NCBI GenBank assembly: GCA_022605425.2
Contig: CM061250.1
Coordinates: 434,001 to 498,000, forward strand
Source of the DNA: Hamiltosporidium tvaerminnensis FI-OER-3-3
Lineage: Eukaryota > Fungi > Microsporidia
Length of the DNA: 64,000 bases
Direction of reading: 5' to 3'
In this document: one piece after another, positions 28,150 through 40,636 of the stretch
Numbering within the stretch: position 1 is the stretch's first letter
How the letters are laid out: every line of letters begins with the position of its first letter
Program-made: the position numbers and the translations under genes
The notes under the pieces: model-generated
What the model saw: only the letters and a program-made list of their open reading frames with translations
The model's database searches: none
What the model was told of the DNA's origin: nothing

Positions 28150-28850
28150 GAATAATAACCACATTTAAAAACATCTGTTAAGCAATGCGTTCGTGATATT
28201 GATGGGTAAAATCATTGTTTGGATGTTTAGTAAAGTGAAAATCACATTACATTTACGTTTTTTCAGTGGGTATTTGTAGAGGAGATGGCCTATAAAACGC
28301 TGAAACTTTTTAGACCAATTTATTTTGTAGTTTTTAATGCAACTAGATCGGTAAATACTAGTTAAATTGTAGAATATTCACATGTATGGAAGCGGGGTCT
28401 TGGCTACTCGGGTTAGAAGACTTGCGTGAGGAAGATACAAAAGCACATTTATAGAAAATTAGAAATGCTAAATATCAGTTTTTCCTTTGATATGATATTA
28501 CAGCATCTAGGCGGTTCCGTGTAAGTCACTTAGATATATCTTGGCGAGAAATCTTTTAAGTTCGAAATCTATGGAGTAGATAGAAACGCAGCCGATCTTG
28601 ATGGTACCTAGGGTGTATTTCGAACCTTAATAACACACTAGGCAAAGGAGATTAACAGGCACTTTACAAATTCTACACTCATTAAATGGCCTATGCACAT
28701 TTGTTAAGTGGAATCTTTGGGCTTTGGGTATCGAAATGAATTTCAATAGATTTTCAGACAGAATTTTATATGTTAAACCTAGAACTGCATCAATGTCATG
28801 AAAGCAAAAGATATTATTTAAAACATGGGTAATATTTTAAAATAAAAATA
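28150..28850 (+). mobile_element. Old, diverged full-length family A copy
   Basis: Retains ATAACCACAT, ACTCGGGTTAGAAGACTT, TATGTTAAACCTAGAACTGC and AATGTCATGAAA in the same order and spacing. Confidence 0.8.
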
Positions 28851-28953
28851 ATTTGAATATAATATACATTTTCTACTGAAATACACGAATGTTTTATCTA
28901 ATTTATGACTAAGTAATATCTTTTTGAATAAAACTATTCATATAATAACATCA

Positions 28954-29973
28954 TTAGTCTATCTTTATAGAAGGATATAAATCTATTATATTTTCGATAA
29001 ATGATATTTCAATATCTTTATCAATAATTACTTCTTTTTCATATAAATTTAAATATTTCTTACATAAAGCTACTCGTTTATTTATTAAAATAATCATATC
29101 ATTTTCTATATTTACATCTATAATTTCATATTCCTTTTTTATATACATCATTAATTTTTCATATCCTTTTGAATTAAAAATATTTATTTCAATTGAATAA
29201 TTCCTATCAGAAATATTTTTTCTTATTTTATACTTATTTTCTGACTCAGTCTTGATTATACGGTTGTATTTAATATTTGATTTATGATTTATATTTAAAG
29301 AATCTTCAGAAATAAACTTTTTAATAAATCTGTTCTGATAGTTGCACTTGGAATCTGTAATATATTCATTATAAATACAATTATGATCTATATTATCTTC
29401 GCAATGAGAGATTATTCTTTTTATATTTATATTGTCACAAATATTTGCATTCATGCATTTTGGTTCCAAAATATCAAAATGCAGTTTTATAAATGAAATA
29501 TTTCTATAAAATTGACTTTGTATTTTTCTTTGGATTTTTATATAAAAATTTATTTTAAATTTTAAAAAGGAATGTTTTACTGTTTTTATAAAATATTGGT
29601 TTATACTTTTCATATAATTTATTTCTAATTTTGGAAAATAACATTTCTTTTTTTGTAAATTTTCAATTAAAAAATACTGTTTTTTTACATTAAATGGTTT
29701 TTTATCTTGAAGTTTTTTAAATCTTTTATGTTCTTTTATTGTTTTTGTAACGTATTTATATATTTGATTTGTTGAGAATGATATTAATCTCGGAATATAC
29801 AAACTGGAGTTGATTTTATTTAACTTAATATATTTGGAATTTTTATTTATAGCAAGATTCATTTTCTTTTTAATGTATTTTTTTTGTATATTTGTTGTAT
29901 TTTTATAGTTAAAAATAGTGTTTTTTGGTTTCAAATTAATTTCGAAATCTATTTTTTTATATGAAAATATCAT
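28954..29973 (-). CDS. Hypothetical K/N/I-rich protein (339 aa)
   Basis: 1-kb open frame in very AT-rich DNA; no recognisable domain; start uncertain (the CCCCC motif lies ~80 bp upstream). Confidence 0.65.
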   Translation of the reverse strand: MIFSYKKIDFEINLKPKNTIFNYKNTTNIQKKYIKKKMNLAINKNSKYIKLNKINSSLYIPRLISFSTNQIYKYVTKTIKEHKRFKKLQDKKPFNVKKQYFLIENLQKKKCYFPKLEINYMKSINQYFIKTVKHSFLKFKINFYIKIQRKIQSQFYRNISFIKLHFDILEPKCMNANICDNINIKRIISHCEDNIDHNCIYNEYITDSKCNYQNRFIKKFISEDSLNINHKSNIKYNRIIKTESENKYKIRKNISDRNYSIEINIFNSKGYEKLMMYIKKEYEIIDVNIENDMIILINKRVALCKKYLNLYEKEVIIDKDIEISFIENIIDLYPSIKID

Positions 29974-30469
29974 CTATGCGATTTTTATTGTAATATTTCC
30001 TTAAATGAGTCGTGTAAAGCAATTAAAGAAAAGGCATTTTTATATATGCAGGGGGTATTTAAATTTTAATTAATTCAAATAATTAATTTAAAATAAATTT
30101 CATTCTATTTACGAAGTGTTTTGCGTTCTATAATTCTTATAGTTGATACTTTTGATAAATATTATTCATATTATTGATTTAAATGCATATAATTTTCTTT
30201 AAATAAAGTTTTTTCTCGTCTTAATTGAAATTTCTTGGTTTTTCCAAATTGATTCGTATTTTTTTTCAATATTTTTTTAATTAAACATAATTATTATTTA
30301 TTTAACTCCTTTTCAGTAATTTAGATCATGATATAATCAAGTGTTTGGAAAAATGCAAGAAAGTATTTAAAAGAGAGAAGATTTATTAGCCCGATGTTAA
30401 CAAAATAAAAAATAATTTCATATCATGATTTTTCTAAATATAAAAAAAATTTTGATTATGCATTTGTGG

Positions 30470-30825
30470 AATGATCCCAACGGACAGATAAGAAACCAGC
30501 AAGGAGAGTGGCGAATTCGTAACAATTTCGAGCTCCAATACTTTCATCGAAATACAGATTGATAAACAGGGTTTTAAGAACCAGACTTCGATAACTGAGC
30601 CCTCTTGAACGATGCCAGAAAGGTAACAGTAAAAAAAGTATATATGCTCAATCCCGAAGATCGAAGACTCCCTGGTGGCCCCAAAACCAGATGACTAGAT
30701 AATGTACCAAAAGAACACAGTAACCCTGGTATAGACATATGAAAAGAGTGGCGCTTGTTCGTGACAGATGGAAGTTCATAATAAATAGGGCTAGAGCTCT
30801 TAATGAGCTGTAATTCCATTGAGGA
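30470..30825 (+). mobile_element. 3' terminal fragment of an RTE-clade LINE
   Basis: Degenerate translation GEWRIRNNFEL...RTRLR*LSPLER...VKKVYMLNP..RRLPGGPKTR*LDNV...RVALVRDRWK matches the RTE C-terminus (RLRWxGHxxRM...GRPxxRWxD...A.DR..W). Confidence 0.75.
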
Positions 30826-30881
30826 AGTATTTGTGGAGTAATAATTGAATTTAAACCGTTGTTTTGGTGCTTTATGAATCA

Positions 30882-31340
30882 AGAGAGAATAACCAAATCG
30901 AAAACTTTTTTCTTGATAATGATTAAGTGAAAATTATTTATGAAACCATTCTTTGAATTTATGTTGGGAATAAAAAAATTATATTATATTTTTTGTTATC
31001 CAATGAGGATTTGTACAAGCAGAAGAATATCAGCAAAAATGATGAAAGCTTTTTCTACAAATTTATTTTGTAATTTTTTTTGTGAGTATATTAGAAACCA
31101 CACTGAAATTGTAGAAAGTTGCTATCAAAATGCATAGAAACCTAGACTTTCATACCCGAGAAAAAAAGATTTGGGAACTGGAGATTACAAAAAAGTACAC
31201 CCTTTATAAGCCAGTAAATCTTAGTAGAAAGTTATACCTTATATTTGAAATAGAACTCTCTAAGTAGTGTTGCTTTTGTAGCCAGAATAAAATTTCTCAG
31301 AAGTTTATTAAGTTTGGAAAGTATAGAGTAGGTAAATGTG
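30882..31340 (+). mobile_element. Highly decayed 5' portion of family A
   Basis: AGAATAACCAAATCGAAAACTTT, TTTTCTACAAATTTATTT, GAAACCTAG, AGAAGTTTATT and TAGAGTA are colinear with family A. Confidence 0.65.
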
Positions 31341-31360
31341 TGGCTGGTCTTTGAAAAGCC

Positions 31361-31600
31361 TGTGATATTATTTATATCACAAAGATATAATATTTTTATT
31401 TTACATTTTTTAAAAATGAAGGAGGGGTGTGCCATGATGAATAAAACTAATAAAGACGATTATTTTACTTATAAAAACAATTCTTTACATGATAACAGAG
31501 GAACGGTGAGCTGGAAGACTATCTCCTTGTTAGATGCGTACTTCAAACTTAGCTGCCTTTCCAAAAATTACGACAAAGCCTAAGATAGATTTGATCTGCT
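31361..31600 (+). repeat. Dispersed repeat family C, copy 2
   Basis: TGTGATATTATTTATATCACA...GGGGTGTGCCATGATGAATAAAAC; matches 15120-15380 on the opposite strand. Confidence 0.75.
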
Positions 31601-32604
31601 TTCTGAGAACGGATCTCCGCTACTTATTAAATAGGCTCTATGTATCAGTTAGAGCAAGGGACCTAAAACTTTTTAGTCTGCGGTTCAGATTGCCTCCCAT
31701 AAAAATTATCGAGCGCTTAAGGCTCAATTTTATTTTATACTGACGTACTGAAAGTATTTCGTCAATGTTTGTTATTAATATTTTCAATCAAATCTTCAAA
31801 GTTTCATACAGATTTTCAAAAAAATAAAAATTTATCATAACAATATTTATAAAGAAAAATATTCAAGTTAATTCCTGGAATTTTATAACAGTTTTCCAGC
31901 CTCATAATTCAATAATGTTCATAAATTTGCTCGAGGATTTTTATTTCCGCTTCGGCACTACTTTCGAAGTGAAGAAACATTCTTTAAAATGAAATAAACA
32001 AAAATATTTATAGATCCAAATTAACGGATAAGCACTCAAGTCGTTATTGCTAATTTCTAATCGTAAATTTAAACCAAATTTTCAACATATTATTCGTAAA
32101 GAATTTCAATATGTTATTCTAATTACTAATAAATTTTGGAATTAATTTTTTGCTATTCCATTTTAATATTTTAGTATAAAATAAAAGGAAATGAGATTAA
32201 TGGTTGAAAAAAATGTTTAAAGACAAATAAAATTTCTTGATATTACTTATTAATAGTAAAAAAAATATATAATTGTATTTTTTTGTATATTATTAACTTA
32301 TTGTAAGAAAAATTACTCGAAAAAAAAATTATGGCGATTCATAGTTTGGAGACACATGGGTTAGACAAAAGGTCTTGTAATATAAGTATCTAAAGAATAC
32401 CGATGAGATGTTGAAAAGCGGTTTTCTATCCAAAATTTAAAGCTATATTAATTCCATAGAAACAATACAGCACTCGATTTTTTCAAATAAAAAATTTAAT
32501 ATTTAAGAAAAGAAAATTGTATATTTATGAAAAGAAAAATTTATTGTTTAAAATTATTAGAAACGTTAAATATCTTAACTTTGAAATATTCAACAAAACT
32601 TTAT

Positions 32605-34100
32605 TTAAAGCAAAGACCTTTTTAGTTTTGAAATGACACTTCTTAGGATTTTCCAATTCCGTAAAATAAGTTTAAATGCAAACTCTTCAATGAAATCAAT
32701 TGTATTAACTGCACCTGACTCGCCGCTTACAAACAAACCATATATTTCAACAAGAAATTTAAGAACTCTCTTATTTTCAATTTCAGATTCCAAAAATTCA
32801 TTTAATAATTTTTTTCTGAGAAAAGAAACAACCATCTCTCTATTTTTTTTCTTGTTATTGCAGTTGTTTTTTCTCGTTTGATGTAATATTTAAATGCGAC
32901 TTTTAAATTTTTATTACGTATTCTGCGATGTCTTTATAATCTTCAATAAGCTTTCTTCTTCTTATATCTAGTTTCGATTTAGATCTACCTAAATCATCTT
33001 GGGTTACACAAGAAGACAAATCCTCTTGAAACTCTTTTTGAGCCGACTCCAAATAATTCTTCGAATTATTAAAACATTCCGAGAAAACCTTTTTTTGTGC
33101 CGAGAACATTCCCATAAGATTTTAATTAAAAAATCCAAAATTAATTTACCCACATCACAAATATATTCTAAGTTTCTAGATTGCTTGTATTCCACTTGAA
33201 TTCTGATAAAATCTTCTTCAAATTTATCTTTTAATTTTGAAATAATATTGTTAATTTTTGGATGCGATTTTACCGTGTATCTGGAGAATAAATTTAATCG
33301 TAAAAATATACTTGAAAAAACTCCATCTATAAAATACTCTCCAGCTAATTTTAAAATTTCTTTAAAAAATACATGTGGATTATTTCTATATGATTTTCAG
33401 ATTAAAAACAAAAGCCACTCAAGTTTTCTATCGTTTCTGAAATCAATATCAGTTCCTGATATATCTTGAAACAAAGACTCAAGACAAAGAAAAGAGGTTT
33501 TGATCCATTTTATTTTAATTTTCATTGTTTTTTCAAGCACGCATTGCTCAGATATCCCAAAAATCTCTGCCTTTTTTTGAAAAGCTTGATCTAAGCTTTC
33601 TATATACTTTAGTAAAAAGAAAAGTATATTTTTATTATTTAAAAAGAAAAGCCCGATGCGTTGAAATAAATTCGGTTTATATTTTTCGCAAAATTCTTTT
33701 AGTGAATCCAACTCAAAAAACCAAGGTAGAAAAATTAAATTTGTACCGCTCAAATTACTTACCTCATTTTCTTCTTCTTCTGATAAAACTTGATAGAATT
33801 TCTCATTTAATATTCGAATTTCCTTCTGAACTGCTTCATGATTTTTAAAACAAGCACCCAGTGGAAACACAATTTTTTTTGAATTCTTTAATATTGCGAA
33901 ACCAAAAGAAACCTGATCACTTCCATTACATGTTTTTAAAACCTGTGCACCTATTTCTGAGTTTTCGAATTCTATAAATTCTTTTTGTAAATTTTTACAC
34001 AAGCGATTCGCATTTAAAACAGTTATACAGAGACCCAGTATAATAAATAGCAGAATACTACCATTAAAAATAAATAAACCTGTTTTGTTTTTTCTTTCAT
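32605..34100 (-). pseudogene. Frameshifted paralogue of the 18223-20067 protein
   Basis: ATG 34100 (MKEKTKQV), frameshift, then ..VLNANRLCKNLQKEF..; FLPWFFE vs FLPYFIE, KYIESL vs KYIGSL, IDFRNDRKLEWLLF vs IDFKNDKRMDFLLF; split into at least 4 ORF pieces. Confidence 0.8.
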
Positions 34101-36703
34101 ACTAAATGGGAGAAAAAAAAGCATTTATAGATTTATTTAACTTAAATAGTAATTTTTTCGATTTATTTGAAAGTTAAAAATTGAAATCAAAATTTTGATA
34201 TTTAATTCACGTAATAAGTCTAAAGATTGCAGAAAATAGTAAAGTGATATTTTTGAAATCTTTGATTGACTTTTGACATATAAAATTATATTTTTGGTTA
34301 AATTGCGCTTCAAAGAAAAGTAAAATCAAAATAAAAGTTTTTTTTATAGGAGCGAAATCACGGTTTATTATCCGAGGAAATCGGTTGAAAACATCTAAAT
34401 TGATGGATATAAAAAAATTCTGAATGAATAATTTTAAAAAATATAAAAAAAGACTTGAAAAATTCGGAAAAAATGTCAAAAAAATATAAAACTTATAAAA
34501 TTAAATTTTTCTGTGTAAATCCCTGCCTTCAGGAATTCAAACCTTAGAAGTCGACATACTAAGCCGGGCTGATATGATAAAGTTTTTCTATCACAATTTG
34601 TGCTTTCATCTTTTATATCGGGATTTCATATTAATGTCTACTGCAAGCGTTCGCGTATAGTCATTAATATGAAACTAAATACCTATCTCATTCTCAGAAG
34701 AGATAACCTAATAGCGAATATTCATACCATGTGTTTTTATTGAAGTCACGGTAAGGATTAGTCTAGAATTGTTTGTTAAATCATTTATATAATTCAGTAA
34801 TGTCCCGACGACGACTCACCTCGAAAAATTTGATCAGTTTAAAAAATAGAATGCACCAATAAGATGCTGTAATTAAGATATTTACCTTTATATTTGTTCA
34901 TAAAACTTACACAACCAATAATAGGGAGTAGAACTGAACAAAAAACAATTGAAAAGATTCTATCGGTTCAAAAAAATATTTGAATAAACTCTGTTAAATT
35001 GTTTCCAGATTTTGTATTTTTTAAGAATAACATGAAAAATTTGTTTTTTTTAATTTTCCATAAATTTTCATTTTTGAAAAAAAATTTAAATTAATTTGTT
35101 CTGATTTCGTTTCCAAGAATTTAAAGTGTTGCATAAAAAATTTTATGATACAAATGATGTTTTTTGCCGTTCTTCTGTGTAATATATTTATATTCTCAAT
35201 AATAATTGCAAAACACAAATATTACCTGAATAGCTTTATACAACTTTATATTTGATTAAATCGAAAGATTATTAATAAAAATGACTAAGAATTTTTAGAA
35301 TAAATAAATTTAATACTACAGCATATAGTTAAAAGAACGTTTTTTCAGATAAAGAAAATTCAACGTCTGAATAAATTTCTTTGAGAAAAAAAAGACAGAA
35401 TTGAATATAAATAAGTGGAAAGTGAACAGGCTAAACATAAAATGCCGAGCTGAAGCTCCGAAAAATTGAAAGTAAATTAAATGAAAGGAGGAGAATATGC
35501 TGTTAAAAAATATCCTAAATTTTATTGAAAAATTTCTTAAGAGCGGCAAATAATCCAAAAATGAAGGACTAAAAAATATACGAAAAACAGACTAGGTGAC
35601 AGTATAAAATTTTTATTGCAGTGATTTAGAAATTATGTCAGATAGTGAAGTTTAAGATTATTTTCGGGATTATTTCTCTTAGGAATATAAAATAAAGTTC
35701 GTTTCCATGAGCTTAACGTCTAGTATAATATAATTTAAAAAGATGTCTCGAAAATTTGAGAAAAATTACCAAAAATTAACTTAAACGAGATGCTCATATG
35801 TATTCTTACGTTTAATTTTCGCTTTCGCAGCATAAAATGGCGTTAAAAAACTCACTTCGACAAATAGAGAACGGTCTTTGGCGCATTCCACTCTAAAAAA
35901 TAAATTTTCTGTCTACTACTACCCATTTATTAATTCGGAGCTAAAGAGAAGGCTTTTTTGAAATAAATCACAATATTTTTCAAACTGAATTGAAACACTT
36001 TCAGAATTGCCCGATATTCCTAACACCTTAGAAAAATTTAAGTAAATGATACACCATGAAACAGTTTTTAAGAAGAATGCTTTTTTATTTTCAGAATCAC
36101 TAATCTTTAATTTTTTATTAGTTGGTAAAACTAAAAAAACAAATTAAATTATTTGAGATTTTAAGAATTACTACATAGTTGCTGAAAACGAAAGTATCTT
36201 TGACTCAAAGAAAAGAAGTCGGCAGCAAAAACAATAAAAATGAAAAATACAGGCTAAAAATGACACTGATGAGGTAAAAAAAGACAAATACATTGAAAAA
36301 ATATTGGAAACATCCACCGGCGAATTTCTTAGATTCCTTTATCTAAAGAAATTGAGTCGTAACCAAATTCTGAATAGAGACGGGAAAGAGCGTTAATATG
36401 TGTTATCAAAAGGGCCGAGAGGCATGAGGAACAAATACTCTATAAATCAAAGAAGAAATATGATCTTAAACATGTCAATATAAATATATTTCCACTCCTT
36501 TGTATGATGGAGGAACTGACAATGAAAACCCATAAATATCTGACTATAATGAAAAAATAAAGCGGTCAAAGAGGTAGAATAAAATATTTGAAAAGTAAAA
36601 ACATTTTAATCCAGGATTTTATTAGAAATAAACTCATTTTATTGCAAATTTATTTTTTAAAAAATAAAAACGAAGATAATATTATCATATTATTAATTTT
36701 GAT

Positions 36704-36927
36704 GCGGAGGGAGGATAACCACATTAAAAACTTTCTGTTTGGTAATGATGTGTACAATTCGTTATATAATAATTGCTGCCATTATGGTGAAATATAAAGC
36801 ACATCAGATCTATAGACCAATTCTCTATAATCACGAGCTACAACTGATTAGAATAAATAAATAGAAAACTTTCATTTTTTCAGCCTCGATACCTAGAAGT
36901 AAAAGAGGAATGGAATAAGTAAGTAAG
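36704..36927 (+). mobile_element. Family B SINE-like element
   Basis: GCGGAGGGAGGATAACCAC head; ends in (TAAG)3; flanked by a 13/15 direct repeat, TATTATTAATTTTGA (36688) and TATTTTTAATTTCGA (36928). Confidence 0.75.
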
Positions 36928-37196
36928 TATTTTTAATTTCGAAAGAAAGTACTCTAAAAGTTTTTTATACCCTAAAAACTGAAGTATAATGTATAAAATA
37001 ATTGATTTTGAGAACTGAAATACTTGCGAAGAATTTAAAAGAACAAAAAAACTAACTTAAAAAAACGTAAAGATTATCAGAACCGCGCCTCAAAACAAAG
37101 TTTAGACTCTTTAAATTATAATTAAATTACTAATCTACAAAAAAAATTGTAGTTAGTCAAAACTAACAATACAAATACATATTTCTAAGAGAATAC

Positions 37197-37919
37197 TTTA
37201 TTTAAAAGTATCACATCTTTTTAAGATAGTGGCAAATGTTATATTTGTTTTCATGACATTAACGCAGTTCTAGGTTTAACATAAATGACTGCTACCCCAA
37301 CACTCCATCGGTAACCCTTGCGATACCTACGTCCCAAAGCCTTTCATCTACCAGGTGTGTAGAACCTAATTAATAGGCGAGGCAGTTGCCCGGAGTTCGT
37401 TAATGTCCGTTGCATGGAGTGTGATCGAAGCCCCCCCCCCGAGCTCCCCCAAGACTATGCAGCATTCCCACTTACTCTACATTTTCTGAAACCAATAAAC
37501 TTCTAGCTAAGATATATTTCAGAGGTTTACATGGGGTCCACCTATACAGTGCAATGTCATACCAACAGTTATAACCTGCTACTTAGCTTTTCTGGCTTTA
37601 AATGGTTTTTATTTTTATATCTCCCAGGCGCTAAGTCTTCTAACCCGAGTGAGCAAGGCTAGTTTTCTATGCTTTTACATGGCAATTACCTACATGTTCA
37701 GCAGCAGTCTGCAATCTGGTTACGTAAAAAACCACAAATAAATTTGTAGAAAAAGTTTCTCCAATTCTTAGACCTCTCCTCCTCATAACAACTCCCATAG
37801 ATCAACCGAAGATGTAGTGTGTTTTTAGTCCCACCAAAAATCCAAATAATGCTTATTACACCAGTTTCACACACTCATCGCCAAGCAGAAAGTTTTTTAT
37901 GTGGTTATCCTCCCTCCAC
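37197..37919 (-). mobile_element. Family A SINE-like element, copy 2
   Basis: Full length; 13-bp TSD TACATATTTCTAA at 37176-37188 and 37922-37934. Confidence 0.92.
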
Positions 37920-38716
37920 CTTACATATTTCTAAAATAATTATTGAAATATATTTATTTATATGAGTTGCTTGAATACTGAAGATAAATATAAATGAAGA
38001 GTCTGATTTGGAAGAAGAACCGGTAGTGGTAAAAGAGCTAGAAGAAAATGCATAAAAATCGTAAAACTATTTTAATCCAGAAATTAATTAAAAAAAAATT
38101 TATTTAGTTGCTTGAACGAAAACTCTTTTTTTTTTATTACGAGATGAAATAAAATGAGAAAAATATTTAATAAGAAGGTAAGGATGTTATTATAATAAGT
38201 TGCAACAAAGAGTTATGACAGTAAAGAAATGCAAAATCATTGATTTAGTATAGAAATATAAATATCGAATTTTAAGATTTAATACACAATAATTATAAAT
38301 TTAATTTAAGTTATATTTTTAAAAATTAGTTTAGAATTCGAATACAAAAAAAAGAAGACATCAAAAATACTAATCTGGTATTAATAAAATATTCAAATCA
38401 ACACTTAGATATTAAATACAAAAAAAGAAACAGCAAATAGAAACAATAAAATACTAAATAGCAATAAAAAATCAACTTTTATCATTTATTTATATTCTTT
38501 AAAAAAAACAATATTAATCAAAAATGGAATATTAATATAAATTATTTATACTGAAAATGAAGATATAATTTATATTTAATTAATAAGGTTATTTCCTATA
38601 AAACATGTATTAATTATTCCTTTATTAATATTAAATACAAATATTCTTTGGTTTGATACACTTTATAAGTACTACGCTTTATATATTATGATGATATTAT
38701 TTTTAGGTTAATTTTT

Positions 38717-39446
38717 GGGCGGAGGGAGGATAACCACATAAAAAACTTTCTGCTTGGCAATGAGTGTGTGAAACTGGTGTGAGATCATTGTTTGGATTTT
38801 TGGTGGGAATAAAACCACACTACATCTTCGGTTGTTCTATGGGAGTTGTTATGAGGAGAAGAGGTCTAAGAAATGGAGAAACTTTTTCTACAAATTTATT
38901 TGTAGTTTTTTACGTAACCAGATTGCAGACTGCTGCTGAACATGTAGGTAATTGCCATATAAAAACATGGAAACCTAGCCTTGCTCACTCGGGTTAGAAG
39001 ACTTAGCGCCTGGGAGATATAAAATAAAAAACCATTTAAAGCCGGGAGAGCTAAGTAGCAGGTTATACCTGTTGGTATGACATTGCACTGTCTAGGTGGA
39101 CCCCATGTAATTCTCTGAAATATATCTTAGCTAGAAGTTTATTGGGTTCAGAAAGTGTAGAGTAAGTGGGAATGCTGCATAGTCTTGGGGGAGCCCAGGG
39201 GGGGGCTTCGGCCTTAGATCATACTCCATGCAACAGACATTAACGAACTCCGGGCAACTGCTTCGCCTAGTAATTAGGTTCTACACAGCCGGTAGATGAA
39301 AGGCTTTGGGACGTAGGTATCGCAGGGGTTTCTGATGGAGTTTTGGGGTAGCAGTTATTTATGTTAAACCTAGAACTGCGTTAATGTCATGAAAACAAAT
39401 ATACCACTTGCCACTGTTTTAAAAAAGATGTTATACTTTTAAATAA
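38717..39446 (+). mobile_element. Family A SINE-like element, copy 3
   Basis: Full length; 12-bp TSD AGGTTAATTTTT at 38705-38716 and 39447-39458. Confidence 0.92.
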
Positions 39447-39763
39447 AGGTTAATTTTTAAAATAATAACCTCTAAGTAATACAAATGATAAATTTAGAAC
39501 ATCAAATAGTATAATATAAGAGAAATAATATAATATAAGAGAAACAAGGAATTAGAAATAATAAATATAATATAAAAATAATATAAGAAAAGAGAAATAA
39601 TAAATATAATATAAGACAAATATACATATAATATAGAAAAAAAAATATAAAAAATAATATAATATAAGAAATAATATAATATACGAGAAATAATAGAAAA
39701 ATAAATATTAACTTTATATCCTAAATTTAAAATAGACATTTACAAAAAAACTATTTTAATTTA

Positions 39764-40354
39764 CTACTTTTTACTTTTTTTAACTTTATTGCTATTTGCA
39801 ATACTATAAGCTCTAATAAGAAAATTCCAAGCCTCTTCTCCTTTTAAACATACCTGACTCATTCTTTCCTGTATCTTAAGTAACAAATCAATAACACTTC
39901 TTTTTCTTCTGACATAATCACAGCACAAATAAGAAAACTTTTTGGTTTCTAAACTGGGACATAAATTCTTTTTAACAAAATAAAAAGTTCGAATAATTTG
40001 TTCAGTTTGTAATTTTTGTATTTTTAAATACTTAACTATCTCCATATTCATTCTACGCACGTGTGTACAATTCAGTACATTTTTAATATCTTTACTCACC
40101 AGTTCAGATAATTTACTTACTTCTCTAGAACGGGTGTCCCCATAAAATGCATCTGCCATTATATTGGGCATATATCCTAACGGATCGTTTATTTTCTTTT
40201 CAAAATTTCGTAATACACAGTTCTCATACTCTGGTTTGAACATGTACCGCTCTACACTCGGTATATATAGTTTGGGACGAATTACTTTTATTGTTTGTAG
40301 TTGATTTATTTCTTCTTTTTTCTCTGATTTTTCTATATTTTTTTGTATTTCCAT
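39764..40354 (-). CDS. Hypothetical protein (196 aa)
   Basis: Intact ORF with protein-like composition; CCGCCCCAAAT directly upstream of ATG. Confidence 0.8.
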   Translation of the reverse strand: MEIQKNIEKSEKKEEINQLQTIKVIRPKLYIPSVERYMFKPEYENCVLRNFEKKINDPLGYMPNIMADAFYGDTRSREVSKLSELVSKDIKNVLNCTHVRRMNMEIVKYLKIQKLQTEQIIRTFYFVKKNLCPSLETKKFSYLCCDYVRRKRSVIDLLLKIQERMSQVCLKGEEAWNFLIRAYSIANSNKVKKSKK

Positions 40355-40636
40355 ATTTGGGGCGGTTTAAATTTCTTTTTACTTTTTTTTATATTTTTCT
40401 TATATTTATTGGTAGAAGATAATACAAAGGTAACTTTTTGATATTTAAAGAGATACTTGTTTTATTTTTATAAGAAAGAATTGGTTATTTTATACTTGTA
40501 GAATGAATGTATAGTTTGATAAGTTAATTGGATTAAACTAAGATTTTTTTTCAAATTTTAATAGTTTTTTTTTAACAATGAAGAAGTGCTTCAAACTGTA
40601 ATTAAAGATATTAAAATAAAAAATATATTATGAATT

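Noticed and set aside
38764-38997. Repeated 77-aa ORF (MCETGVRSLFG...) as a protein gene
   Set aside because: GTG start, interrupted by a stop in copy 1 and altered in others; a by-product of the repeat
39494-39739. 81-aa hydrophobic ORF
   Set aside because: Translation of a low-complexity A-rich tract
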